Positions 10,919 to 23,582 of a stretch of DNA of 35,899 bases are shown here, one piece after another. The translations under genes and the position numbers were made by a program. The stretch is from Malacoraja senta. Lineage: Eukaryota. Every line of letters starts with the position of its first letter. Within the stretch, counting starts at the first letter, position 1. The stretch lies in assembly GCA_038087875.1 (NCBI GenBank), contig JAXLNO010000270.1:248001-283899 (forward strand). Direction: 5' to 3'. The notes below the pieces were generated by a model, which searched no databases, was not told the origin of the DNA, and saw only the letters and a list, made by a program, of their open reading frames with translations.

Positions 10919-11032
10919 CACGTAATCACCAACGTAATTCCTCATAAAATAAAGATCAAACATCGCACTTGGGTAAGTTCTCGTTTCATCTTACTATTTT
11001 ACTTCGGAGTCACGAGAGTGACTACGTGAAGA
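10919..11032. repeat. DIRS internal complementary region (ICR)
   Basis: 10919-10997 is the reverse complement of 10688-10765; 10996-11032 (attttacttcggagtcacgagagtgactacgtgaaga) is the reverse complement of 25910-25946. Confidence 0.9.
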
Positions 11033-11224
11033 TTTTAAAGCTTTGTGATTTCATGCCGCAGACAAATCCCGGCTTCTCACTGCATTGATTGACTCGGAAC
11101 GAGAAATAATCAATAATGCATTAATAATAACATTTGCCTGACAAATCCAGTAATTCATTTATTTGAATAAAATAATTAACAGTATCCCCTTTAACCCAGG
11201 GAAATTTAAGCAGAACTTAATATA

Positions 11225-12000
11225 GTATCTGCAAACAGCCCCGTATTGGCAATAGGCCGATGGTAAAAGTGTTGAAACACCAACTTGTTGGATCACCCGG
11301 CGGCTGTGAAAATATGGTCGACGGGACTTCCTTCGCCCTGGTCGTCAATGTTGCTGCTGAACTGAATGGAATGTAAAACCATCAATGTTCACACCTGCAG
11401 CAACCAAAACTTGTTTTTAACCATCTTAAAATAGTCTGAACTGACACTATCTTGTATGGTTTTTCGTGAATGATAAATAATCTTGTTTTCATATTTCATA
11501 AGACCTTTGTAGCCTCAAGGTATTGCAACAAATATGTCTTAACATATAGATATGGATCCATAGAATATGCTAATAAACGCTCTTGAATCTTATCACACCT
11601 GATCCTACTTAATTTGAGTAGGTCATCAAATGTAAAACATAACATAATCCTGATGTACTTATCTGAATCTGTAACTTTGTAATGTTACAAGTGCCATAAA
11701 CATGAGTACCTTCATGCTGAACTTGGCCAAATCAGAATCGTACCAAGACTCCTTTGCTGAAGTAGCTTAAAACAATTCTATATTCCAGATTCCCTCCTCG
11801 TTTTAGAAGGTCTGGAATTAAAATTACTTTTATTAATCTGGAGATAAAAGAACGAGACTCAACAGGATGTCTTTCCAACCTCATCAAATAAAACCGAGGA
11901 ATAATATACTTCTGTGTGAATAAATCGCACTATACCTCAACCCATTAAATAGAGTTCAATCCAAGATATTTGAGACACGTGCCGTACAACATTCCATATT
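11225..12000 (-). pseudogene. DIRS tyrosine recombinase remnant
   Basis: PYKIVSVQTILRWLK / QVLVAAGVNIDGFTFHSV / VDHIFTAAG*SNKLVFQHFYHRPIA; frameshifted; upstream boundary approximate. Confidence 0.8.
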
Positions 12001-12191
12001 CTGTTATACACAGAAATGTTTTCCCCTCATTCTTTACCTAATGGGAAAGCAGTATTTACAGAGTCACAACTCAGATTCCCAAATGTACTTCTTTTGAGTA
12101 CTCTTCCGCCAGACTGCTGTAAGCGCGTCCACAGCATGCCAAGACAATCCTCTTTTTTAAACCCCGCATCCATACAGGCATATGACGGATG

Positions 12192-13089
12192 TTACTCTCC
12201 AATTATTGAATACACCAGAAACTTCTTTCTTTTGGGAACATTTATCAGAAACGGTGTCATAAATTTCAATATCAAAGGGAACCATGGCTGTGTAGACCCG
12301 TCTGGTACCACGAATACCCCAGAGGCAGCATACTGCTTCGTTTTAAGCAGACACCGATTTATGAGACAGGATGAAGTAAAATGCATATAACAACATACCA
12401 TCCTAATAGAGCGAGAAACATCCATCGCTACTGTCTCCCGATGTAGTCCCATAACACATATCTCTGTAACTGGTGATTGAGTCTTGATTGAGTGCTGATG
12501 GAAACAAGTCATATCTGTCTTCCCAAATTTGACTATTATATCATTAAAAAATCTTAAGGTTAAACATCCATTCTTTGTTTATCATGGAAATTCCACCCAT
12601 ACAATTAATACATGCCATTGCTGCAGTGCTGTTAATTTGAAACTGAACATGCAGATTAGTTGTATTTAACAACAAGCTTGTAGCTCATAAGCCTTCCAAT
12701 AGACTTTCAAACGTCGATTCTCCATGTCTGTAAAATAATACTTCTTCCATATTCCATCTGTCCACAGATGGATACTTTTTCAGTGGCACCAATCCTAGTA
12801 CACTGATATCAGTCTGTTAAGACCATGGAAGGCTGTTCAATCCGTATCTTGCTTGAACTACTGACAACATGTTAAATCCACTACTGCAATCAGAAGCAGC
12901 ATTTGTTGTTTAATTGCATGGCCTATCAAATAATGGCCATCATGCATCTTAGTGTTTTTTTCTTTTTGCACTCTGCAGCTGCTGGTAGCCCAAATGGCCC
13001 ATATTGTATTGCTGGAAATAACACTAATTCTCCTAACAAGCTGGCCACCTGCCTTAATTTAGATTGTTGCTTTTCCAACTGTTTAATAC
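12192..13089 (-). pseudogene. DIRS pol 3' half (RT end, RNase H, methyltransferase-like domain), decayed
   Basis: LRQVASLLGELV..PAIQYGP; HVQFQINSTAAMACINCMGG; CLINRCLLK....ASGVFVVPDGSTQPWFP. Confidence 0.8.
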
Positions 13090-13399
13090 GGAAAAATGGC
13101 GGCAGTGGAGCTGAGTCGAATTGACGACTCCCTATAGCGAGTTTGACGACTGCGGTAAATTCGACCTCGGACGAAGCCACGACCCACCACTCGACGAGGG
13201 ACCACTGTAGGTTGCGGTGGTCTCCGGCGCTTGCGGTGGTTTCCGGCGTTTGGCCGTTTCTAACCGTGGAACGATCGCCCTGCGGCCTACACCGCTAGCC
13301 GCTAGAACCCTGCACGCTGCCCGGAGAGGACGCTGGCGTTGACTGTTCGCCGGATCTCCGCCCGACATCCCCCCCCCTCTTTTGTAACCTCTTACCTGT

Positions 13400-14010
13400 C
13401 TGTGCACCATCGACGCTGGACACCTCCCTGGACACCTCCCTGCACCAGCTGGATCTCTGTGCACCCCCAAACTGGACAGCCTCTCTGCACCTGCGCCGCT
13501 GGACGGCCCCTGCACCTGCGCTGCTGGACGGCCTCTCTGCACCTGCACTGCTCGACGCCTCGCTGCACCTGCACTGCTGGACGGCCTCTTTGCTCCCTCA
13601 CTGCTGGTCACCTCGCTGCACCAGCTCTACGGGACGGCCTCTCTGCTCACCCACCGCTGGTTTCTCTCTCCACCTGAACCGCTGGACGCCTCTCTCCACC
13701 TTCACCGCTGGACGGCCTCTCTGCACCTGCACTGCTCGTCGCCTCGCTGCACCTGCACTGCTGGACGGCCTCTTTGCTCCCTCACTGCAGGACAGCTCGC
13801 TCCACCCGCTCTACCTGACGGCCTCTCTGCTCACCCACCGCTGGCTTCTCTCTCCACCTGCACCGCTGGCTGCCTCTCTGCAGCTGCACCGCTGGACGGC
13901 CACTCCGGGCCCTCGCTGCCGGACACCCATCGCTGCTGGACACCTCTCTTCGACTTCTCTGCTGGACACCTCTCTGCGCCCACACCGCTGGACAACCTCT
14001 CTGCTGCTTC
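13400..14010 (+). repeat. ~27-bp tandem repeat array in the L2 5' region
   Basis: Unit like caccgctggacggcctctctgcacctg; higher-order duplication with 184-bp offset (13537 vs 13721). Confidence 0.85.
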
Positions 14011-14034
14011 CTGCAGTTGCTTGTGCTCCTCATC

Positions 14035-15812
14035 ATGATCAAATACTCGGCTCTGCGGCTGACTGGTCTCTCCAAAAATCACACCCCATCCTGCATCCCA
14101 ATCATTAAACAGTTTGGACTTCTGCGTCGACCCCTTTACATCCACAGAGGCTCTCGACGCAAGCTTGTTTGCTTCGGCCATGGACATTCCATTCCATCCA
14201 TCTGCTCACTATCACGCTCTGCCCCCCCCCCTCAACCGTATCACCCCCATTCCAGCTGACCACATGCACTGTCAACTGGGACAACTTCAGATCTCACCAG
14301 CCTGCCCCCATCCCTCCACCCTCTCACAATGCCAACTTTGCCCTCCTCAACACCCGGTCGCTCAACAACAAAGCCCTTGCCCTCCATGAACTAATCCTTG
14401 ACAACACTCTTGACTTCCTTCTGCTCACTGAAACCTGGAAACAACCCAATGTTTTCTTCTCCCTCTACCAAGCATCCCCATCTGGATTTAATTATGGTTC
14501 CAAGCCCCGCCCCTCCCGCCATGGAGGCGGCCTCGCTGTTATTTTCAACCAGAACTTTCCGATCGCTGAACTCACCCTCCCCCCAGTAGCATCATTTGAA
14601 TTCCTTGCCTTCAAACCCCTTTCCTCCATGACAGTCATCCTCATTTACCGGCCACCTAAACCAAACCCCTCCTTCCTATCTGACTTCACTGAATTCCTCA
14701 CACTTGTCTCATCTCTCACCCCACGTCTGCTGTTACTTGGTGACTTAAACATTCATATGGACTCCCCCACCTGCAAGTTCGCATCTGAATTCGATTTTCT
14801 ACTTGACAACTTCTCTCTCACTCAGCACGTCACGTTTCCCACTCATGACAAAGGTCACATCCTTGACCTGGTCTGCTCCACAAATCAACCGGTACTCGAC
14901 CTCCATCCATGCCTCTTCCCCCTCTCTGATCATAAGCTTATACGGTTCACCATCCCTTCTCGGACACCTCTCCCCCGCTTCCTCCGAGAAATCACCTTCC
15001 GTAATCTAAAATCCATCGACCCTCACCATCTCTCTGACCTGCTCTCCACCACTCTCCCCCTGGACTCAACCCACATCTCACCTGATGATCTCACAAACCA
15101 TCTCAATTCCACCTTGTCTACCTCCCTTAACACTCTGCCTCCCCTCAAAACAAGAACCGTAACTTTTAATAAATCTTCACCCTGGTACACACCTGCACTT
15201 CGTAAGCTGAAACAGATTGGTCGCCGACTTGAACGACTCATAAAGAAATCACCTCTCACAGTCCACCATGAAGGTTACTAACTCCACCTCACTGCCTACA
15301 ACGATGCCCTCATTGCTGCTAAATCTGCATACCTCTCCTCCATATTTACCGACCCCTGCCTAAACCACAGAACCCTCTTCTCCACAGTGTGCAACCTCCT
15401 CAACCCTCGAGCCAAAATTCTCCCTACCTCCACTCCGGATCTCTGCAACTCATTCCTCCACTTTTTTGCTGACAAAATCAGCACCATCTATCAATCCTTA
15501 TCCCCTGTCCTGACTTCCCAGCATCTACTCCACCACCTACAAAGGCCCCTCCTTTCAACATCTCCGCTGATCTCCATACCCCTCCCCCTCACTGCTTCCT
15601 CTCCCAGTTTGATCCGGTCACCCCTACTGAAATCTCCAAACTCATCAGCTCTTCCAAACCCACGACCTTCTCCCCACTCCCCTGCTGAAGTCCTGCCTCC
15701 CCGCTCTCTGCCCCTACCTCACTAATCTCTTCAACTCCTCATTGTCCCAAGGAATTATCCCCTCTGCTTTCAAAACTGCTGCTGTCACACCAATCTTAAA
15801 GAAACCTGGTCT
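14035..15812 (+). pseudogene. L2 ORF2 5' part (leader, APE endonuclease, start of RT), disrupted
   Basis: ATG 14035 MIKYSA..RRPLYIHRGSRR leader, frameshift near the C-run at 14222-14231 into the 14169..15281 frame, stop at 15279-15281, ends FKTAAVTPILKKPG at the L1 insertion. Confidence 0.85.
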
Positions 15813-15963
15813 AGACTTCCGGTGGGGGCGACATGATGGAGTAGTCGCACTTTTCCACGCTCCCGACCTTTTCACCTCCAACTTTTATTACAGCTCAGTC
15901 TAAGTTTTTTAACCACCCACAAACATTTAAACATCATTGTCAGTACCTCTCTATGCTGTAAAG

Positions 15964-16763
15964 ATGCCAAACAAAGGGAAGAAAGCGGAGCAAAAGACAG
16001 AAGACCCGACGACCAGCCATGTTAACAGAACAAAAGGTATTGTTACTGGCAGAATTCAACACTGCGTTTACCAAATTGGAAACGAAGCTGGACAATATCC
16101 AGACCACTATGTTAGACCACCAACACTGTCTCTCGTCATTAGAGTCTTTTGCCGCTACCACTAGCCAAGATATACGAGCTATAACGTTAATGTTAACTAC
16201 GGTGACCGAAGACAACGCCAAGCTAAAGGCTAAGCTTATCGGCCTGGAAGGCAGGAGTCGCCGAAATAACATAAGGATAGTGGGTCTTCCCGAGAATATC
16301 GAGCGCTCCCAAACAACAGCGTTTTTCCTCTCAACTTCTGCTCGAGACTCTTGGCGAACACATACTGGAATCAGCCCCGGAGCTAGACCGAGCCCACCGT
16401 ACGCTAACAGCCAAGCCAAGCCCTGGTGAGAAACCCAGAGCAGTTGTGATCTGCTTTCATAGATACCAGACCCGTGAGTTGGTGGTACGTGAGGCTCGGA
16501 GGCAGAGGGGTAAGCTGAAATACAAAGATACCCCGTTCCACATTTTCGAAGACTACTCTCCCGAGATAGTTGAACAACGCTTCGCGTACCGAGACGCAAT
16601 GAAGGAGCTGTATAACCTGGGTTTCAAACCCTCCCTTCATTATCCAGCCAAGCTGTTCATAATGTCCGGGGAGGGAAAGAGGCGACGACTAACATCTCCC
16701 GAGGACGCTCAGGCTTTCATTTCATCTTACCGTCGACGCAGACCGCGACCCACAGATGACTGA
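15964..16763 (+). pseudogene. L1 ORF1 (coiled coil, RRM, CTD), frameshifted
   Basis: Pieces MPNKGKK.., 16019..16429 (LEGRSRRNNIRIVGLPE) and 16446..16763 (IFEDYSPE, GFKPSLHYPAKL). Confidence 0.9.
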
Positions 16764-17852
16764 CTTCGTTCAGTACGTCTATATTCGAGTGGCACAGGGG
16801 CCCGGTTAACCTATGGTTACATGGACTAACTTTAGCTTGACTGTTCCTAATAACTAGCTATGGTTAGCGTTCAGCATTGCTGATTATGCTAGACCCCGGT
16901 TTCGAAATGTATGAGGCTGGTAAGAAATCACCAGGATTTGTGAATATTTTATATCAACTTTTTCTTATATTGTCTAGGTGTAATCGTGCTTCAGGGGTCC
17001 CTCACCAGCATATGCTATAAAGCTGGGCTTAAAGGACCCACTTTGTGGTTTGTGATTTGGTCTCTGCCTTCCTGTTCTTAGCAGCTGGCCGCTAATGATG
17101 TCAGCACCTGGCTAGTTTGCTTATACTAATCTTCATAACGAACTGTCTGGGGCTGATAACTCATTACAGCCAGGGCTGTGTTATACAAATCTTATCTTAT
17201 GCCTTTTTTGTTTAACAAAACATAATTGATGCCTTTAGCGTTGCGCTTTAATCCAACAGCTCAGTTTGTAATTTGCTAACTTCTCCAACGCCAACTCTCT
17301 CTTTATACTTTGTCGATTTTAAGACATACTATGCAACACCAAAGGAAGTTATTCTGGCTCCACTTACACGTTAGCCGGTTTATTTAGTATCACCATTTTG
17401 TTAATATGCTTTGCTATTAATACTATTAGTGTTAGCAATGGTACTGGCAGTGCAACCACTATGGTTATTATTTTAACTTTGCATTTATCAATGTATGTTT
17501 ATCTAACTTTATTCCTACTCTCTGTTTTTCAAATTATTATCATCATCGTCATTATTACTATTACTATACTTATTTTATTTCATGTTACCTTATCGACACT
17601 GAGTGACTCCGTCGCTTTGGGAAGCTGTGATATAGGGAGTTAAGATCGGATATCTCCATGCGGAGGCGAGGACAACGCACCTTGGTGCAATGGGCACTTA
17701 ACGTTCAGTTGAGACATGGGGGATCTCAGGTCTGGAGACTCATGTTTGAAAGATGGTTAAATGATATGTGTTCCACTTGTTTGCCGTGTGTGTATGTTTT
17801 TGTTCTTGTTTGTTTTTTTTTTTTTTTTTAATTTTATTTTACTTCACATATG

Positions 17853-17892
<40 letters not shown>

Positions 17893-17992
17893 TCCCCCCT
17901 CCCCCTCCCCATCCCCACTCTCGGCAGCTGGCTTCGATGCGCTCTTCCGTCTCGTTTTGCAGAACTACAGCGCATTATCCATATAGCTAAAA

Positions 17993-20900
17993 ATGACCAA
18001 CACAAACGATACTCTTAGATTTGTCTCGTGGAACGTGAGAGGGATGGGATGTCCTACCAAAACTGATAGGATCTTGGCCCATTTGCAACAGCTCAAAGGC
18101 GATATATTCTTTATCCAAGAGACCCACCTTCGCAACAGAGAGGTAACACGGCTTAAGAGAGGCTGGATTAGTCAACTATTTCACTCGAAATTTAATAATA
18201 GGGCTAGGGGCACCGCTATCCTGATTCGTAAGAACATTAAGTTCGAACCACAGAAAACTGTGGAAGACCCTGCTGGTCGCTTTGTCATGGTGTCGGGCAA
18301 ATTGCAAGACACACCTGTCATATTGGCAAGCATGTGTGGACCCAACTGGGATGACAGCTCATTTATAACTACATTTTTTACATCTCTCCAAAATATTGAA
18401 AATTACGATGTCATTGTAGGTGGAGGTTTTAACCTGGTCCAAGATCCTATACTGGATAGATCTTCGAATAAAGCCTCTACTTTAACTAAATCCGGTAAGA
18501 CTCTGCATGTTCTTGCCAAACAACTGGGGCTCCACAGATCAATGGAGATTTATATTCCCCACGACTAAATTATTTTCATTTTTCTCCCACGTACATCGTA
18601 CGTTTACCCGTATAGACTTCTTTCTCTTAGATAATAGATTGCTTTCCAAAATCAAATCCAGTGAGTACCATAGCATCGTAATATCAGATCATGCTGCGAC
18701 CGCCCTTGATCTTCATTTTCGTAAACGAACTAACCCCTTTAAGTGGAGGTTCAACTCCTCATTATTAGCAGCGGCTCACTACATGCAATTCTTGCACTCC
18801 CAAATCACCCTATATTTTTAGCTGAATGACTCGCCGGACATAGAAAGAGGTATACTTTGGGAAGCTTCAAAAGCCTATATTACGGGCCAACTCATTTCCT
18901 TTATCTCCAACCTGAAAAGAACCGAGACGTTCCAAACGGCAGATCTGTTACAAAAAATAAAGGACATTGATGACAAATATGCATCTGACCCAACCCCTAA
19001 TCTCTATAGAGAACGCCTTAGGCTACAAACAGACTTTGACCTCATATCCATTAATAAAGCCAAACTACGACTGCTTAAATCTAGGCAACACTTTTTTGAA
19101 TCTGGGGATAAAGCTGGAAAGCTTTTGGCCCATCAGGCCAGAACAGAGGCGACGTCACGGCTAATTCCAGCCATTAGATCCAGCTCAGGGGAGACTCATA
19201 CTGACCCTCTCAGAATTAATGAAGCATTTGCTAACTTCTACACTGAACTATACACTTCCGACTGTCCCCCCACTGCAGGTGACATGTTCAGTAGTATGAC
19301 GCTTCCTCGAATTGACGAAGAAGCCATGAGAGACTTGGGTGGTCCCATAACTGTAGCTGAGGTCCAAGCAGCCATCACATCGCTGCAAAGCGGAAAGTCA
19401 CCCGGCCCTGACGGCTTCTCGGTAGATTATTACAAAGCTTTCTCTGACCTCCTTGCACCAGTCCTGAGAGATATGTACAATGAGGCGTTTTTACATCGTC
19501 GCCTACCGGCCACCTTGTCGTGGGCTACCATCTCCCTAATTCTTAAAAAGGAGAAAGATCCCCTGCTTTGTGGTAGCTATAGACCAATCTCACTCTTGAA
19601 TGTGGACCTCAAAATCCTTTCTAAAGCCCTTGCGCTCCGTCTTCAGCGAGTGATGCCCTCTATTATCTCGTTGGATCAAACAGGGGTTATAGCTGGCCGA
19701 CAGTCTTCCCATAATACTAGGCGTCTCCTTAACATCATTCACTCTTCGAGTAATGAGACCCCGGAGATGGTGGTCTCCCTCGATGCCGAAAAGGCCTTCG
19801 ACAGGGTCGAGTGGATGTACCTATATGAAGCGATGGATAGGTTTGGCCTCGGTAACAGTTTTATTCTCTGTGTGAGCCTATTATATTCGTCCCCGGTGAC
19901 CTCAGTACAAACAAACGACATACTGCCGCCCCACTTCACACTTCAGAGAGATACCAGACAGGGTTGCCCGTTATCTCCACTCTTGTTTGCTGTCGCGATA
20001 GAACCCCTGGCGGTCTGGTTACGCGCAGAGAAGGGCTTTAAAGGTATTACACGGTTTGACACAACTCATAAAGTCTCATTGTATGCGGATGACCTGCTCC
20101 TGTACATCTCGAACCCAGTCAGTTCTCTCCCTGTGATTATGAATATTTTAGAACGGTTTGGTGCATATTCTGGTTATAAACTTAACTACCAAAAGAGTGA
20201 GCTATTACCGATTAACTTACCGGCTAAGCAGCTCCCTCGCTCTTTAACCTCATTCAAAAGGGCAGAGGATGGGTTTCGCTATCTCGGCGTTTTTATCACA
20301 ATACCCTTATCTGATATGTTCCGCACAAACTTTTTGCCTCTGGTTGAGAAAGCCGAAAAAGATTTTGATCGCTGGTCAGTCTTACCGCTATCCCTCGTGG
20401 GCCGGATAAATCTGGTTAAGATGGTTGTGCTACCCAAATTCCTGTATCTTTTCCAGCATGTCCCCATACTTATCAACAAATCTTTTTTTGACAAATTAGA
20501 AAGGACAATATCTAAATTCTTATGGGGTAGCAAACCTGTCAGAATCCGAAATGCGATACTGCAGTCGCCTAAGAGTGATGGCGGTTTGGCCCTCCCTGAT
20601 TTTAGGCGATACTACTGGGCAGCTAACTTGCAAAAACTCCTGTATTGGATGAATGTTGATTGCGAGCACCCACCGATCTGGGTATATATGGAAAAGGCGA
20701 GTTCACGTCTCCCATTGCGGTCTGTCCTATGCTCCCAACTCCCCCTTTCTATAACATCTGTGGGTGCAGGCCCAATTGTGTCCCTTTCCCTCAATTTAGG
20801 AAAAACCTCGGTTTACAGGGTCCTTCCATCTTGACCCCACTGCTTAAAAATCACATTTTTAAACCTTCAAGTATAGATCACGCATTTAAAACCTGGCATA

Positions 20901-21765
20901 GTAATGGCATCAGTAGCATTAAAAACCTATATAAGGATGGTATCTTCTCATCTTTCACGGAGCTCTCGTCTAACTACAACCTCCCAAACTCCCACCTTTT
21001 TCGGTTTTTCCAGATTAGGGATTTTGTGAAGAAGACATTTCCCTACTTCCCAAATCGCCCTCCTGAAACCCTGACTGATATCATCTTAGCTTTAGACCCC
21101 AATCGGAAGAAATGCACCTCTAGTTTGTATAATTTGCTAGGGTCGGTTTTATTGAAATCTCATACCTCATTAAAAGCTGCGTGGGAGGGAAAGCTGAATA
21201 CGCAATTAACAGACCAGCAATGGGACTCTGCCTTGGATTTGATCCACTCTTCTTCCATATGCGCCCGTCATGGCCTAATCCAATGCAAAGTCCTTTACAA
21301 AGTCCACTATACAAATACAAGATTAGCTAGAATGTACCCAGCTGTCAATGACACCTGTAACAGATGTAGTCAATCTCCTGCCAACCATAGCCACATGTTT
21401 TGGTCTTGCCCTAAGCTAGCAGCCTTTTGGAGGAGTGCTTTTGAATTGATAAGCAGAGCTTACGACCAGACTATTCTTCCAAATCCAATGTCAGCCATTT
21501 CCGGTACCCCTCCCAATACCAACCTCTCTGTTGCGGTGAAACGGGTCCTAGCTTTTACAACCTTGTTAGCCCGGAGACTGATCTTGCTTAGTTGGAGGCT
21601 CACCTGTCCCCCGACACACGCCCGTTGGATTAAGGAGGTGCTTTACAATCTGAAAAACTTAGGTTCTCTCTCAAAGGCTCTACCAAGACATTCCTAGATA
21701 CATGGAACCGTTTCTTTGAACTGGTTAACTCTCTTACCTTGTCCCCGGACTCGGAAGAGGACTGA
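17993..21765 (+). pseudogene. L1 ORF2 (APE endonuclease, RT, C-terminal CCHC), three frameshifts and one in-frame stop
   Basis: SWNVRG, IQETH, SDH; KSPGPDG, YRPISLLN, DAEKAFDRV, RQGCPLSP, YADD (20082-20093); CNRC..H..HMFWSC; TAG at 18819-18821; shifts near 18530, 20790 and 21655; final stop 21763-21765. Confidence 0.93.
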
Positions 21766-22142
21766 GTGTTCTCCATCATCGTTTTGTACTTCAGCAGCTG
21801 CTTTCCCCTTAACCCCCCACCCTACAATTGTTTATTTAGATATATATGTATATATATATTTTTTTTTATTTGTTATTTTTTCTATTTTTATTTTTATATA
21901 GCACATTTCGTTTCGTCTATTCTACCATTTGTGTGTGGATGTGTACGTATGTGAGTGTTGTTTGTCCCCGTTTGGCTCCGACCTGACTTGGGTGGGTTGA
22001 AGGTGGGTAAGGGTAAGGGTTTTGAGGATCGCTTACATACTGTTGTACAATTATGCCTTGATTATTACTGTCTGTTTTTATTGTATGTATGTAAATTGCC
22101 GTGAAATTCAAATAAAAAGATTAAATTCAAGAAACCTGGTCT

Positions 22143-23457
22143 TGATCCCTCCTCTCTCATTAACTACCGCCCTATCTCAAACCTCCCTTTTCTTTCAAAA
22201 ACCCTGGAGCGTATCGTCGCGTCACAACTCCATTCCCACCTCCTAGCGTATAACCTATTCGAACCCCTCCAATCTGGCTTCCGCCCCCTCCATAGCACAG
22301 AAACTGCTCTCCTCAAAGTCCTCAATGACCTCCTTACCTCTGCTGACACTGGCTCCCTCAATATCCTCATCCTCTTCGACCTGAGTGCAGCCTTCGATAC
22401 CGTGAATCATAACATCCTGCTCACCAGACTTAGGGACCTTGGCATTGAAGGGTCTGCACTCAGCTGGCTCCGTTACTACCTTTCCAACCGATCCCACTTC
22501 ATCTCTCTCCATAATCACACCTCTGCCACAGCCACTGTCACTCAAGGCGTTCCCCAAGGCTCCGTTCTTGGTCCCCTCCTCTTCATCATCTACATCCTCC
22601 CCCTTGGTCATATACCCCGTCACTTCAACCTGGACTTCCACTGCTATGCTGATGACACCCAGATCTATCTCAGCACCAACTCTCCCATATCAACTCCTGC
22701 CTATCAGCCATCAAATCTTGGATGCAACTCAACTTCCTTAAATTAAACAGTAGCAAAACAGAATTTCTGCTCATTGGCTCCAAATCAACACTCACTAAAA
22801 TTAACAACCCCACTCACACTATTGACGGCACCACTGTCTCCCCATCTCTTCAGGCACGCAACCTTGGCGTGATCTTTGACTCAACCCTCTCCCTTGAGCC
22901 TCACATCCGCCATGTTGTCAAAACATCATTTTTTCACCCCCGCAACATTGCCAAAATCAGATCCTCTCTCACAACCCCCGCTGCTGAAAGACTCATCCAT
23001 GCCTTCATCTCCTCCCGACAGGACTGCTTTTTGGCATCAATTCCACCAACATCAACCGACTCCAACTGGTCCAGAATGCAGCCGCCCGACTCATTACCCA
23101 CACTAAATCCTGGCACCACAGCACCCCAGTTCTCAAAGAACTCCACTGGCTTCCCATTTCCCACCGGATCATCTACAAACTCCTGGTCCTCACCTACAAA
23201 TCCCTCAACCACTTGCCCCCCCCCCTTATCTCACTGACCTCCTCTCCCCCTACCAGCCCTCACGGTCCCTCAGATCCACATCAGCCGGTCTCCTCTCCAT
23301 TCCGAAATCGAACCTCTGCACTTTTGGAGACAGAGCCTTCTCCAGGGCAGCTCCTAGGCTCTGGAATTCCCTCCCACAACTGATCCGAAATTCTGAGTCC
23401 CTCACCATCTTCCAGTCCCGCCTCAAGACCCATCTCTTCACCTCTGCATACCCTTAG
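22143..23457 (+). pseudogene. L2 ORF2 3' part (RT and C-terminus), frameshifted
   Basis: DPSSLINYRPISNLPFLSK, QSGFRP.HSTETAL, DLSAAFDTV, YADD, LKLNSSKTE, RAFSRAAPRLWNSLP, FQSRLKTHLF; TAG at 23455-23457. Confidence 0.9.
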
Positions 23458-23582
23458 TCCCATGTCCCCCTCCCCTTTGCATCTCTGTCTTATTGTTTAT
23501 TCGTGACTCTCAATGTAAAGCGACTTTGAGTCCTGAAAAGCGCTATATAAATAAAAGTTATTATTATTATTATTATTAATAC

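Larger units (their letters stand above)
15813..22128 (+). mobile_element. Full-length L1-clade LINE, 6316 bp, with 14-bp TSD
   Basis: TSD aagaaacctggtct at 15799-15812 and 22129-22142; starts agacttccggt; ORF1 and ORF2 remnants; AATAAA at 22111-22116. Confidence 0.95.
13090..23575 (+). mobile_element. Apparently full-length L2-clade LINE (about 4.2 kb net: 13090-15812 + 22143-23575), interrupted by L1
   Basis: APE motifs LLNTRSL, LTETW, GGGLAV, IYRPPK, GDLN, LDLV, SDH; RT NYRPISNLPFLSK, GVPQGSVLGPLLF, YADD (22645-22656); 3' end tgtaaagcgactttgag...aagcgctatataaataaa then (TTA)n; candidate TSD ttaatac at 13083-13089 and 23576-23582. Confidence 0.92.

Noticed and set aside
13132..14187. Overlapping ORFs in the L2 5' region as ORF1
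   Set aside because: Derived from 27-bp GC-rich repeats open in several frames; no RRM, PHD or esterase motifs seen.
15940..16599. 219-aa antisense ORF over L1 ORF1
   Set aside because: Shadow ORF of a frameshifted ORF1; no independent support.
19125..20834. 569-aa RT ORF as an active gene
   Set aside because: Fragment of an L1 ORF2 separated from its endonuclease by a frameshift and a stop.
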